Positions 26,990 to 42,057 are shown, numbered from the stretch's first letter. The stretch: 64,000 bases of DNA from Eledone cirrhosa (GCA_964016885.1 OZ024743.1:110484001-110548000), one strand, 5' to 3'. Notes: generated by a model from the sequence alone, not told the origin. Made by a program: numbers and translations.

Positions 26990-27660
26990 TATCTGTCATA
27001 GTTACATGGCATATATTGAGTCTGCCAATGAATTTCTTATCCAACCTTTAAAATTGTCTTTTCATCTGAGTTTTGCAACACCCCTTACACTCTCCCTCAA
27101 CATTGTTTGTAGGATGATTTTCCAAGGTATCTGCATCGTGTTACATGGCCATATTATCTCGGCTTTATTTTCTGCGTTATTATGGTAATGACGCCAAGGA
27201 GGCCAGCGTGAAGTTGGATTTCTCTGCGGATATGTATGTTTGTGATACGGTCTATGTATGAGGAACTCATTCTATTATCTTAGTTCAGCTACAACAATCT
27301 TTCTTTGAAATGCTGCCAGGATGCATCGACATTAGTGTATTGTAAAACTTCTAGATCTTCAAAAATGTATCAGCACAATGACTCTAGTAACCAGCTCTGA
27401 GAAGGGTAGTGGCATATTGTCTTTATAATCGGTTTTTCAATCTGGCATGGTTTCACACATATAACCCCTTATGGAAGGTATATTGCAAACTGACTACTAA
27501 AGAATATATATATATATTCGGTAGTAATATCAACCTCTCGTTAGTATACATAGCTTGAATACACCATCTGGCCCGACGATGCTCTATGGGACACGAATGA
27601 AATATGGTCATCAGTGGGGAATAACGTGGAGATTTCAGTCGAAAGCACATTTATTTTTAA
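26990..27660 (-). mobile_element. Highly decayed RTE-like LINE 3' fragment
   Basis: Minus-strand remnants YGHVTR..KIILQ....R*KDNFKGW match the RTE C-terminal pattern. Confidence 0.5.
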
Positions 27661-28223
27661 GCATCATCATTTGAAATATGCAGCATACAACATATTGTAT
27701 AGTTTTATTTTACAAATAGTGTGTTGGAAGAAGGAATTCATAAAATCATCCAAATCCAGCAAAACTTTCTAAGTCATTTTTTTTCTTTTTTTGCCCTTTG
27801 AAATGAATATATGCACATAATCAATGTTATGCGTATTCATTCGTGTACGAATTAGATACATCTGCTAATGCCATGGATAAATAAGTATAAATACATGCTT
27901 ATATATGTACATGTTAACATCCATATATACAAATTCTTAGAAATGCCTGGATGCAAACTAAAAAATTAATAATCACTTTGTTATTGACTGGCTCTAATTC
28001 TACGCTAAGGAATTGAAATTTATAAGACAACATCCATTCATTCCTCCGTCCATCCACCCATGCATACATTCATACCTACAGATATGCGTACGCAGACGCA
28101 CATATATCCACTCATACACACAAAAATAAATATACATATATTAACACACACAAACACACATATATATAGATATGTATATACATATATATATATATATGTA
28201 TATATATACATGTATATATATAC

Positions 28224-28323
<100 letters not shown>

Positions 28324-30399
28324 ATATATGTATATATGTAGCGAAAGAGAGAGAGAGCTGGAGACAGAGATGAATAGATTGTGAGAAGGGGGGAACATAT
28401 ATATATATATTAGCCTGTCACTCTGCGTTTGATATTATATGTATAATTATAAATTTGTTTCAGAACAGTATATAATCATATATCTATTTCCAAAGCACAA
28501 TTCAATTGATCATAAGTGTTCCGCAATATCGCTGAATTGAAAATGATTGGCATAAAGCGATATTACCATAAGTGATTGGCTATCCTTATTCAACTAACAA
28601 TAGTTCTGTTCTTTGATATATAAATAAAGTATATCATTGCAAACTCAGCTTGCGCTAGTTATCTTAATATAACATAGCTTTGACTAATACGACCCAAAGA
28701 TAATTTGCCTACATCTCTAATTGTATAATTATTTGTTGTTCAAGCTTTTGTTTATGGTTGTGTATGTAGTTGTGAGTGCTTGCTTCTTTATGTCTATTCG
28801 TTTAATGTATGTTTTCATTAGACATTGCACGTTGATAATGTAATAATGTTGCCATAATTCTATACGACGTAATTTCATTATATTCTCTTTAAAAACGTTG
28901 ATTTATAACGAATTATCATTGTAGTCCTCATGGGAATTAGGAAACTGTAGGATTATTGGGTGGGGAACACAACAATATTACAAGAATTCCTGGCATTATC
29001 TGCAAGAATGGTATTCTCAGTAATAACGCTAGAAACAAGAACAAAATATAGCAGTAAATAAGTAAGGCCAAATTAAAACATGTTCAGTATTAATGCCGCT
29101 ACAATTAAAAAAACATGAAAGTGTACAATGAGAATATTGATAATTTTTATAGCTTTGGATCTTCCATGTTTGATGTCATATTTTTATTCATTTTCATTTT
29201 TTCATCCTATTATGCTCATGTCATTCTTTTCTTTTAAAAAGGAAGCATTTTGTGATAACGTGTGTATTTTGTCTTTGAATCAATTTTATCGTACTGCATA
29301 TTCTAATTTACATTATCAATTTTTATATAAATATATGATAAAAAAAAAACAATGTATATATAATTTTATATCTGCATAACGTTAAGTATATTTGATGTCG
29401 ATTTTTAAAATGTTCTCAAAGTTTTGTCAACTAAAACTAGTTTCAAAGTTTTGACAACAAAATGAAGGAGACATAAAAGAAGAAAAAATATGTATGCATA
29501 ACATTAACTGAAGATTCTTCGTGAAAAATTATTAACATTATGATAGAGTAAATATGCATATATTTATTTTTGCACCATCACTACACTCTAAGCTCGTAAA
29601 ATTTTAATGAGAAACCAGCTGTTACGAATTCATAATGCTGCCGTTAAAATTCGACTGACTCTTTTAAATAACTTCCAGGAAGATTTATTATTATTATTAT
29701 TTCTATTATTATTATAAAAATCATTATTGTTATTAATATTATTATTATTATTATTATCATTATTATCATTATAAATAATAATAATAACAAAATAACAAGA
29801 ACAACAAAATCTATAATAATAATAATAATAATGATTATAATAAAAATAACAATAGTGATAAAACTAATAACAGTGTTATTAATATCATATTTACTTTTAA
29901 ACCCTTTGATGTCTTATTAATAGCATGGGTTAGCTACACTTTCACCTCACTTTGAATATGTAATTAGAATTGATGTTTTAAAATTATATACATTAATAAA
30001 ATGTGACAAAATTGAATGTCAGAGATATCTTATCGATTGATTTCAAATATTTTGTTAGTTTTGTGTTATCGAAATTTAAGTGTGTGTTTTACATAGATTG
30101 ATGAAAAAAAGATAGTGAAAATGTTGTAGATCTTTATCTACCGTTCATTGGTATACCTTAGTTATCTTTCATATTTATAAATGTCTGATTTTGTCTCTAT
30201 ATTGATAACACATCAAATTTATAAAATAAACATACTCATAAAAACAAAACAACGACTAAAATATATATCAAGTTACATAGCTATGTGTAATAACACACAA
30301 ACACATTAATGAATTCAGGTAAAGTCATTTCAAGCATAACCATAGGTTTTAGTGGAACAAATGAAGTATAAACACTTTTAACTATTCATCTGTTCAAAG

Positions 30400-31600
30400 C
30401 AGAATATGAGGTATTACATTTATATATTTCGCGCACATTTCTCAACATCAGAAGCTTTTTTTCCCTATGATTTGTTTTACAGAAAAATCTAACTCTAGCC
30501 ACATAACCTATCAAACACTATACAGAATATGTCAGAAATAGTCTAACTTGTATGCCGTACAAACATTTAGGCGGGTAAATGAGATACAAACGCACCTTTA
30601 CGTTAGAAAACTGCGACATTGTATTGTTCTTATATATAGAAGTGATGAACATATACATAACAACAGCCCCTATTTCAAAATCTGTAGTTTTCTCTCCGCT
30701 ATATTTAATGTTATAATCTATCATACGTTGCGACCCATAGAATTAAGTAGAGGGATTGTTTTGAATTATTTGTTATTATTTTCTACTATATGTGCGTTTC
30801 TATTTAGCGTAAACGTTCTGGTTTTCTATTATGCTACATCTTTTGAAACCTTGCATATTTAATTGCAAAATCAATTTAGCATTTCTCTTTCAGTCTATTG
30901 ATGCCTTTCAACATCATCACATACTAGGAGTTCATTAATAACATCATATTGGTAAATATCACCACACTTTTTCTGTATTCTCATCCTGTCTGATTTTGCA
31001 TGTTAAATTTGTTAGCGCCATTTTAAAGTGTGAGGAATACTCCTTATCTGCTTGAGATTCCTTTCATATTTACAGTAGCTTCTTTGTAAATATATTTCTT
31101 TCATATAGTCTTGGAATACTAGATTTGAAACAAAAGTATATTATAGCTATCTTACTCTTGGTTGATGTTATCATAAGATTTACGGCTGAAAGATTGTCAA
31201 CTGATAATATATTCACGACTAAAATTTTCTATAATGTATTTCTTGATAACGTATTTGTGGATAAACGTTTTCATGAGAGCTACACGATTTTATATGTTAC
31301 TGCATTATAACTGTTGTTTTCGTTGATTTCTCGGTATACATTTAATGTAATAATTTTTGAGGGATGTGTATATCAAAGTGTATCGTTCCATTGATTATTA
31401 TATTCTGCTGATTATTGTGTTCATATTTCTTCCAAACAATTTCACAATTTTCGTTATTGTTTATTTTTGATATCCACATAGTCTGCCATGAAATGTTATA
31501 TCTTGTCTCATAAAATCACTCATATACTTTCTAATAATTATGTCAATCCAACATATTGGTCTACTAAATTTCGTTATCATCGGCAAACGAAACGAATACA
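30400..31600 (-). mobile_element. Possible very old PLE remnant
   Basis: Frameshifted minus-strand traces in the expected order: W.YVD.I-like, ..FDI.I....VYR-like, then NIKYSGEKT..FEI (YIGET-like). Confidence 0.3.
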
Positions 31601-31696
31601 AATTTAGGCCTACACTGAATTGAATTCAGAGTAATATGGTCCAGAACAAATAACAACAAATTATGTTTCAAGCCTAATACTGTAATAAAATTAACA

Positions 31697-32247
31697 GTTG
31701 TTTCTATTTTTGTCACAAGGCCAGCAACTACCCAGTACATTACTCGTACTTTATTTTATTGACCCCGTAGGGATGAAAGGCAAAGTTAACCTCAGCGGGA
31801 TTTGAACCCAGTTCGTAAAGGGACGTAACTCTCTGCTGCAAAGCATGGCTTACGACCCTCTAGCGATATTGCCAAGTAAATGTTTCTACTTTTGGCACAA
31901 GGCCAGCAATTACCCAGTGCATTACTGGTACTTTATTTTATCGACCCCGTAAGGATGAAAGGCAAAGTAAACCACGGCAGGATTTGAATTCAGAATGGCA
32001 AAGACCATAACTCTATGCGTCAAAGCCTGGCGTCCGACCCTCTACCGATATTGCCAAATAATTGTTTCTACATTTGGCACAAGGTCAGGAATTATCCCAG
32101 TGTATTACTGGTACTTTATTTCATCGACCCCCGTAAGGATGAAAGGCAAAGTTAACCTCGGCAGGATTTGAACTCAGACCATAAAGGGCCGTAACTCTTT
32201 GCTGCAAAGCAAGGCGTCCGACTCTCTACCGATTCTGCCAATCCACC
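31697..32247 (-). mobile_element. Three head-to-tail SINE copies
   Basis: Copies at ~31697-31875, 31880-32057 and 32061-32247, each diverged from the others. Confidence 0.85.
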
Positions 32248-32743
32248 ATTGTTCAATAACATGTCACTAAATTAAATTAATGTCAAATTAGATAACATTA
32301 ACCTCAGTACTAGACGAGTATTTTATTTTACCGTACTCAGAAGTTTAAAATGTGAAATTTACCTAGGAAGTTTTTTAAAATAATAGTATCAACGGTGCTT
32401 ATTTTATTGGCTGCAACAATTAGATACCGTGGGACAATGTAAGAAAAACGGCTGCGGTTATGTCCAGATCGAATAACGATTACCTTTCATTGATTACATT
32501 TGTACATTATGAGTAGGACATTTAGCTTGTAGAGTCCAACAGATTCAGATGAGCACAGGAATTCTGGCTTTCACTTAATAATTCTTGCGAAACGGAGTTA
32601 TTAATTTAAATCGAGTCAGACAAACCATATTGTTTTAAATTACTATTTTTTCAACCTAACTAACTTAGTCATTTGCAATTGGAACACATGTGTACTTATA
32701 TCTGTGTTCATCCCTCTCATAAATCCAATCATATATATATATA

Positions 32744-32788
<45 letters not shown>

Positions 32789-32957
32789 ATAATAATAAAT
32801 TTGAAGACTAAAATCCAAAGAGGGCTCGATAAGGATAAATATATATCAAATATATAAGAACCGTAGAGCAAATATTTATTAAAATAACAGATTAAAGTTT
32901 CAGAAGATCCCGTTAAGGGTGAAAGCAGCGAATCTTTGCTTAAAATCTGTTATTTTA

Positions 32958-33035
<78 letters not shown>

Positions 33036-33281
33036 TTATACATATTTCTAAAATGCTTGGCTCAGGTAGAGGTTTTGTTAATGCTCAGAATGGTTCGTAA
33101 TACAGGAGAGAAAACCATTGTGTGAATCAGAGCACATTCGAACTGCATGTTTACAATCAGAAACACGTTTTTCAGATATATGATACATAATATTGACGTA
33201 CATTACTACTGACTCTAATTGTTATGTGCACCATTTTTTGTTATCCTTACACACTCACAAAAACCCACATGCACACATGAA

Positions 33282-33313
<32 letters not shown>

Positions 33314-34944
33314 GTATATATATGTTGGTCGGGAGGGGGGGGGGGCTGTTACGTGTGTGTATTCATATATATGCCTGATTGTGCGTGTACTTTTTCTAAG
33401 TATTTTCATTTGGATAACGATGCTAACTCTAAAGGATAACTATTTGAAGTCACCAATTTTAAAGAAAACCTATTAATTTCCTATCTTAACATGTCACAAT
33501 TTGTGGCCAATTTCAGAAGGTGCTTAAACTGCATCAATTTTTGCTTTACCTTTTTTTTGCTTCCAAAATCATCTTCGTGTGGAACTTTCATTTCCTTTAT
33601 GTCTAGTATTATTTCTATATATCTAGCCTATTTTTTTTATTTTCGTTTGTGTCATCAAAATACATTATCATTTCAAAACTATTATTTGACAGAATTCCTA
33701 GCATCTCATAGTGCGACCTATTCCAATTGCTGTCTAATTTCCGCAAGAATAGAATTTCAATTACACTAGCATTTTCGATACTGAATAATTTCCTGAAAAG
33801 CTAAATTCAAATGCTTCTTTTTAAATCAGTGATGCACAGTATATATATATTTTACTCCATTTTGTATGATTTCTGAATGTCACTTGATAATATTTGTATT
33901 CTTAATATAGCTTTGTAGATGATTGCAAAATACAGAATTATAAATAATAAATTGTAGGGTTACAGCATGAACGTTACTCAATATGATTGCTGAATACATA
34001 ATTCGGTGGGCTAGAAAATGTTAATATACATTAATGCAACTATTTAATGTTAAGCCCAACAATAATACTGCTTAATATGCATTGTTTATCAATCAATATG
34101 TGTGACTTTCCAATTTTATATTCTCACAATATCACATTTACAAGCACACATATGTATATGTATCTATAAATGCGTGTATGCATATGTACATACATACACA
34201 CCTCATATATATACATTTTGTTTCGTTTTTTACTATATGCGTAATATGTATCTATATTAATAATAAAAAAACATCAGTTGCTTTTTTAACATATTTATTA
34301 TGTTTTCATATATAGTCCAAACGGACGGAGCTCAGCCGTCGGGGTCCCGAATTTTTCATATATAAATACACTTCAACAGGATTAAATACAATGGTGTGTG
34401 AATTATAAATGTATATTTTTTACTAAAGTGGGACGACTGGTAAAGGTTAGGACACATATACACGTTATATAGAAAATAAATGGAATCTAACATTAAGCTG
34501 AAAGAGAGTGGCGTTTCCTTTGAAAACGTTTTTATCTCGTTCATATTGGTATTTTGGCAGTAGTCACGTTAGACTTAATTGAACTCATGCTTACGGAATC
34601 TCCAACCAAACCAGTGAAATGATACATGTATAGGGGTACATCCACAGAAGTGTACGCACTCATTCATTAATGAAAACATACAGATAACGCACACGAAAAC
34701 ACATCCACGTTCAGAGTAACAGAAACATCAAACGCGTATATATATATATAAATGTGTGTGTGTGTATAAATATACATATATTTATATAAATACGTTTTCC
34801 CATTTTGTACATTCGCACTCTTACCTTCAAACAAATTTCAAATGGTTTGTGTTGTCATATGTTGAAGGGATTACGTTACGAAATATATGACTTCAATCAG
34901 ACTTATAATCCAGATTCATGATTGATATAATGAATTCTATATAG

Positions 34945-35108
34945 TCACAAGGCCAGCAATTTGGGGAGAGGAGAAAGTTGATTAAATCGACCCCATAAGC
35001 AGGAAATGTAACATTAACCTCGGCAGGATTTGATCACATACCGTTAATGGTCGTAACTCTATGCTGCAAAGCATCTTGTCTGACGCTGTACCAATACTGC
35101 CAATCCAT
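34945..35108 (-). mobile_element. Diverged tRNA-derived SINE
   Basis: cacaaggccagcaatt...aatcgacccc...taacctcggcaggatttga...ctgccaatcc. Confidence 0.7.
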
Positions 35109-36084
35109 CGCTCTTCATGGTTGATATAATAGAACTCGGCTCGTATTGCAAAACATTAAAGAAATGACATTATTTACAATTTCTCAAACTCTGATCTCAG
35201 TACAACCCCAAATCTGATATTTCACGAAGAATAGGGGTTACATATTTTTAGAAATAAACAGAAGTAACATCTAAATTGGTTTTGTCGGCATGACCACAAC
35301 ATGGATGTCAGCCATTTAGATAAGAATACATGTCAATTATTTAACGAAATTATAAAACAAGGCAAAATAAATTTGAAATGGTTCTTTAATTTAAAACAGC
35401 CCAGCAGATATATGTCTATTCACTAAATCGACTGTTTGTCGAAGGTCTTCGTGGTGTACGGGCTGTACCACCCGGTTATTCCGCAGAGGTGTATTACATT
35501 AATCATCTAATTGTAACCTTTCTTCATATTTTTTTTTAGATATTTTAAAAGTATTGGAGAGTCTGTGTTTGTAGAGATGTAGTTTAGAGAGTGTGAACAT
35601 GTAAGTGTGCGTTTATGTCAGCATATGAGAGTACCTGCCTATTCAACCTGATGTAGAATTAAATGTATCGAAGATATAATAGGGTGTGTCTGCCAGCAGA
35701 TATTTTTATCCCAACCGACAGACAATAGAGCTATGGAAGTTGCGTCACACCCAGCACTGTGTCACCCTAGTGTGTGGGTTTTCTGTTGGTCAGCGGTTTG
35801 TCGAAGAGGAATAAAATAAAATAAAAAGCAAATGAAGAAAAAGATAAGTAAAGTAGGTTAACGTGTTTTAGGGGTGAGGCTTTGGTGTAAAATGCTTAGA
35901 TTATTCATCCATCTATTTATTTATATTCATTTCAAACACTAACCACAACCATTATTATTTATAGTGCAAATATCCCTTTAAGGATATAGATAGTTTGGTT
36001 GGTTTGTTCGACAATTGGATGGTTGTTTATATGTTGCCAAATCTCTTTCGTCACACATAAACAAACTCTAAACAAAACTAAACA

Positions 36085-36535
36085 GAAACCATGAGTGGAA
36101 CAGCAACATCAAAACTAGTAATTAAGGAGAAAATTAAGACATACAGACATACACAAAAACCAAACTAACAAAATAAATCAGACACACACAGATAGAACAA
36201 ACAACCAACTAGTGACAAGTAAATAAATACATAAATAAATAAACACTCACACACACACACACACTGATGTAACACATGCGCAAACTAAGCACACAACACG
36301 CAACACAGAAAAACAAGTTGTGTAGGACATAACAAAGGAGGGACAGAAAATAAAAAGAACAGTCACTGAGGAGTTCACAGAATGTGTGTCGAGAAAGCTT
36401 GGACAATATATAAACAACCATCCTATTATCGAACCAACCAGACCGCCACCCCACCGGAAATTTATAATAAATTAAAGTGAAAACTAAAAGTGCGTGTTTT
36501 TATTGGCAACATGAACCTCCCAATGTATAACAATA
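36085..36535 (+). mobile_element. Diverged 3' end of the 5010-6820 PLE family
   Basis: gagtggaacagcaacatc...tattggcaacatga. Decayed hammerhead agtcactgaggagttcac... at ~36361. A short inverted piece lies at ~35995-36057. Confidence 0.7.
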
Positions 36536-36654
36536 TATATTACAATTAACTTGTGAGGAGATATAATTACTTTGAGATGATATATTCAATATACTTAAAT
36601 TTCTTATTCACATTTCTTTCAAGATATGAGAGAAAGATGGAGTAAACCATGTAA

Positions 36655-37550
36655 TCTAAAATTACCAACGTGAATATCACTAAAGGGAACCCAGGATGTA
36701 GTTGCAGAAAAGCTGAAGAATGCCCTTTACAGGGCAAATGCAATACGAAATCTATCGTATACGAGGCCAAACGGACTCCCATTGTTAATAACCAACGACC
36801 CATGAGTGAGCGATATGTGGGCATGACGCAAGATAGATTTAATTTCAGATACCATGCACATGTCGCTTTATTCAAACGCCCAGACAAAATAACATCTACG
36901 GCGCTGGCTAATAAAGTGTGGGAGTTAAAAGAATGCAAGATTCCATACTTGATTGATTGGTCCATTTTCGACTACTCAAAAGAATACCAGAACGGCACAA
37001 ATAACTGTTATTTGTGTATAACTGAAATGAACAGAATACTGCAAAATCTTAAAACTCCTACTACTTGCCTCAAATCTAAAACAGATGTTTGAGAAGTTGT
37101 CCACACATGAAACCACATCTTCTCTCCGGTTGGTATAATATACATACGGAACACTCAACCACCCTAAACTTCCTGTTTTTACAAATTACCTTTCCACTCA
37201 CAACCCATATCTCTTTATGAACACATACGTTTTACCAGAGCCATAATACACAATTAAAACCCACTTATTTATTATAATTATACCGACCCCCATTTTCTGT
37301 CATACTTTAAACATATAAACACCGACCACATTCTTTCTGTCCACCCTTCTCAACCTTTTAGAGACCATAAACACTTCTCCCCATTTTTTAACCTTTAACC
37401 TTAATTTATCTACAACCAATAACACTGACATATTCACGTTTTTCACATATCCGTTGTCATACCCTTTCACTACCCTCCCCACTTTATCTTTATACCTATT
37501 AGTTATACTCTTTGTACATACACCCTTACATTTTATTATTTTATTTACGG
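36655..37550 (+). mobile_element. Naiad-like PLE 3' fragment (GIY-YIG endonuclease, ORF 36670-37092)
   Basis: CSCRKAEECPLQGKC..SIVY..YVGMTQDRFNFRY..H..VWELK..W....CYLCITE, paralogous to 11355-11741. Confidence 0.85.
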
Positions 37551-37555
37551 GAACA

Positions 37556-37670
37556 TTCTGAGTTCAAATCCCGCCGAGGTTAACTTTGCCTTTCATCCTT
37601 CCGGGGTTGATAAAATAAAGTACCAGTAATGCACTGGTAAATTGCTGGCCTTGTGCCTAACGTAGAAACA
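37556..37670 (+). mobile_element. 5'-truncated SINE
   Basis: B box and core of the same SINE family. Confidence 0.8.
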
Positions 37671-37714
37671 ATTATTTTATTTATGGGAACGCTATTTATA
37701 TATATATATATATA

Positions 37715-37990
37715 TGTCAGGTCACTAGTTGGTGCTACTGGTAACATGTATCCCAGTACAACATGTCTCATGGTCGTGTCGATGGCGACTAAACTGACAA
37801 CCCCACCAAGGTTTCTTGGTGAGGAGGGTGACTTTGGACATCCTGCAGGATTAAAAACAAAACCTGTCAAAAGGCAAAGGAGCTCTTAAGAGTCAATGGC
37901 CATCGAAAATCACCGAGACAGATGACCCCTTAGCCTTTGTCAAGGCAGAATTCTAGGAGAAGGAAAACTCTGATATCATACCTGCAAACC
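37715..37990 (+). mobile_element. RTE 5'-UTR-like repeat
   Basis: Contains ctaggagaaggaaaactctga and gtcg...ggcgactaa, motifs I recall from RTE-clade 5' UTRs. Confidence 0.45.
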
Positions 37991-38321
37991 TGATGGTATC
38001 CAATGATGTTGACTTGTTCTTCTTTTTGGTAAATATCATCTTGGTTAAGAGAGTGGGACTGGCTTTGTGCAGTGCCTTTGCTCACTATAAAAGCTTCACG
38101 ACACAGGCATTGCTTTATATCTGGAGATCTCTCTGCACTTGTCGTCACGTGGTACCATGGGCCCAGCACTATGTGTCAATAATTGTCACAAGTGTAGTGT
38201 TTGTACCAGAGTGTTCAAGTCGCTGGCTGGACTAAAAATTCACACTCGTTCAGCGCTTCGATAGGGGTTCTCCTACATCGATATAAAGTAGTGGCCGTAC
38301 TCGAAAACGAGTGGGCAGCCA

Positions 38322-38410
<89 letters not shown>

Positions 38411-38440
38411 AAAGAATAGAGGTGTAACACACGAGTTGTG

Positions 38441-38975
38441 ATATATTGGTAAAAGGTAAAGAAAATGCTGAAAAGTTGTTCCCAGTGAAGAATAGTTTAA
38501 TTAGAAATAAGTAAAAATTACTAATAAGTATTGGTTAGTATTTAGTTTTAGTTTTAAGTTTTTACTGCTTGCGCATTTCTAATGATTTTCAAAAATAATT
38601 TTGAGATAGAGCGCCCGTGATGTTTGCTCTAATCTGATTAGTTTTGGAAATTCTTCCTGTTTTATGTGAAAAAAGTGGCTCCAGAGCTATTATAATAAGT
38701 TTCGCGCCAATTCGTGTTGCAAAAATGTTTGTGGTCAAAACAATTTTGATTGGTTGGTAGAGGTCACGTGACTGTTAAAAATTGATTTTGCGCCAAATGT
38801 AGGTTTGTCGAAGAGTGTACTTATTCGCCTGATTGAGAAGTCACTGAAAATAAGTCTTTTAAGACAAATATCTGTGTGTGTGTGTGTGTGGGTAGTAAAG
38901 AGGTTCATTGTTGTGATAATGGTCAGTAGGGATGTGTGTGTGAATTGCAGTCATGTTGAAAGGTCAACAGTTCAG

Positions 38976-39027
<52 letters not shown>

Positions 39028-39244
39028 GTGTGTGTGTGAGTGTGTGTGTGTGTGTGTGTGTATAGCAGAGTAATTCATGGTAGAGGGATCGGTCAGTACG
39101 AATGTGTCTGTACGTGTGTGGGGGATATTTTAACATGTTGAAATATATTTTTCAGCTCATATCTTATACAGAGAAGTGTGTGTGTGTGTATGTGTGTGTA
39201 TCTTTGTATGTTAGTGTACGCGTGTGTATGTGTGTGAGTATATA

Positions 39245-39286
<42 letters not shown>

Positions 39287-40135
39287 GACCAGTATTTTTG
39301 AGATACTGGTAAAAATGCTGTACATTATTCGATATTTTCAGCAAAAGCGATTCTCACACGAGAACATCAAACAGATTAATAATAAAAGGTGTGAAATGAT
39401 ATATAGTATTGTCATAACACCAAGGTGTGTGTGAGTGTCCAGATTGGCCGTACTGCAAGGGGAATCCATTAGGCCCTGCCGTATTGGAATACTTGTGTAC
39501 AAATATGTATGTGCCCATCAGTGTGTAATGCATGTGAGCGTATATGTATGTGTGTTTTTTTAACAAATACGGACCCCGTCTAAACACTTCTCCCTAAGAC
39601 GAACCCACAACATACACACGTCAACAGACATACCTACATCAGCATACATCCTACATACATCTCTATCCACATATAAACACAATGACATACGTAAACACAC
39701 ATGTTCTATGGTGCAACACAAATATACACACATTTGCATACTTTTTGATGTCTATAGATATAAACGTGCCGATACACACACATACATATAAGCACACATG
39801 CATTGCACACTGATGGGCACATACATATGTGAACACAAGTATTCCAATACGGCAGGGCCTAATGGATTCCCCTTGCAATACGTGCAGTCTAGACACTCAC
39901 ACACACCTTGGTGTTATGACAATACTATATATCATTTCACACCTTTTATTATTAATGTTTTTGATGTTCTCTTGAGAGAATCGTTTTTGCCGAAAATATT
40001 GAATAATGTACACCATTTTTACCAGTATCACAAAATACTGGTCCATCCACACACACACACACACACATACACCTACACACACAAACACACATATATATAC
40101 ACACACATGTACATGCGTACACTAACATACAAAGA

Positions 40136-40233
<98 letters not shown>

Positions 40234-40339
40234 TCGTATAAGACAAGAGCTGAAAAATATCTTTCAACATGTTAAAATATCCCCCACACACGTACAGAAA
40301 CATTGCTACTAACCAATCCCTCAACCACAAATTATTCTG

Positions 40340-40388
<49 letters not shown>

Positions 40389-40948
40389 AACACACATATT
40401 TGTCTTAATAGGCACCTCAACTATTCACCTTTCAACATGACTGCAATTCACACACACATCCCTACTGACCATTATCACAACAATGAACCTCTTTACTACA
40501 CACACACACACACACATATTTGTCTTAAAAGACTTATTTTTCAGTGACTTCTCAATCAGGCGAAAAAGGACACTCTTCGACAAACCTACATTTGGCGCAA
40601 AATCAATTTTTATCATTCACGTGACCTCTACTGACCAATCAAAATTGTTTTGACCACAAACATTTTTGCAACACGAATTGGCGCGAAACTTATTTTAATA
40701 CCTCTGGAGCCACTTTTTTCACATGGAACAGGTAGAATTTCCAAAACTAATCAAATTAGAGCAAACATCACGGGCGCTCTATCTTAAAATTATTTTTGAA
40801 AAGCATTAGAAATGCGCAACCGGTAAAAGCTTAAAACTAAAACTGAATACTAACCAATACTTATTACTAATTTTTACTGATTCCTAATTAAACTATTTTT
40901 CACTGGTAACAATTTGTCAGCATTTTCTTTTCCTTTTACCAATATATA
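38441..40948. mobile_element. Large non-coding fold-back element (~1.1-kb inverted arms, ~220-bp spacer)
   Basis: 38441-39555 is a diverged reverse complement of 39775-40948. Internal (GT)/(AC) tracts differ in length between arms. Confidence 0.85.
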
Positions 40949-41213
40949 TATATATATATATATATATTTCCATTTACCCCTGCTATGTATTTTTTAATTT
41001 TTTGTTTTTGTTTTTGTCCATCACGGGCGTTAATTTTAATTTTAATTATTATTACAAATTTTGTTTTGCTTGCTGCTTATTTATCTACTGAATTGTGCTT
41101 ATGACTTATTTTTTATTTGTGTGCGTATGTATGTGAGTATATATGTGTGTATGTACATATGTATATGTGTATATATGTATGTGTGTATATTCATATACAT
41201 GTCTGTGTGCGTG

Positions 41214-41267
<54 letters not shown>

Positions 41268-41503
41268 AGTGTGCCTGTATATATATATATATATACATAT
41301 ATGTATATATAAATATGTGTGTATATCTTTAATTATGTGTACGCGTGTGTATATGCATATGTATATGTACGTGTGCATGTATGTATCTATATGTGTGTGT
41401 ATACAAGTACGTATGTTTATGTGTATGAGTATAAGTATATGCGTAGGTAGATGCTTATAAATGTATGTGTATATTTATATATATATATATATATATATAC
41501 AAT

Positions 41504-42057
41504 GTATATATAGTGTATTTTGCAATACATTTTATGCTTAATTAAAAGCATTTTGAAGACCGTATGCTATTGTTTTAGAGTAGTGACAGACTCACTTACT
41601 TTAATTTCAGCAAACAGGGGAGATAAAGCTGACAAGGCATTTAGTGATGCTTATCAATTAAGCATAACGTGCATTGCAAAATACACTATATATTCACTCA
41701 TATATATATGGCTATTTCAAAGCACCAATTCTAATTTTTAATTTCTGCTTGACCGGCAACCGCTCTGTATATTCAGTTCCTGATTATTTACTAGAATTCT
41801 ATAAGAACATAACATCCGTAATTTCAGCGGACGGGAGGAGTAGTTGGCTTTGATAAGCATCAATAAATGCAGAAACAAGGCCTTGTCAGCTTTATCTCAC
41901 CCTGTTTGCTGAAATTAAAGTAAGTGAGTCTGTCACTACTCTAAAAGAATAGCATACGGTCTTCAAATTGCTTTTAATTAAGCATAAAGTGTATTGCAAA
42001 ATACACTATATATACACTCATATATATATGGCTATTTCAGAGCACCAATTCTAATTT
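41504..42057. mobile_element. Small fold-back/direct-repeat element between (TA)n tracts
   Basis: 41504-41640 is inverted at 41880-42017, and 41668-41738 is directly repeated at 41988-42057. Confidence 0.7.

Noticed and set aside
37088-37095. TGA ending the GIY-YIG ORF as a selenocysteine codon (some Naiads are selenoproteins)
   Set aside because: Comparison with the paralog (EMFTSC.HMK) shows a small frameshift. The TGA is not at a Cys position.
38828-38860. ctgattga...gaaa as a hammerhead in the large fold-back
   Set aside because: Extra base in the core and no stem II or stem I pairing.
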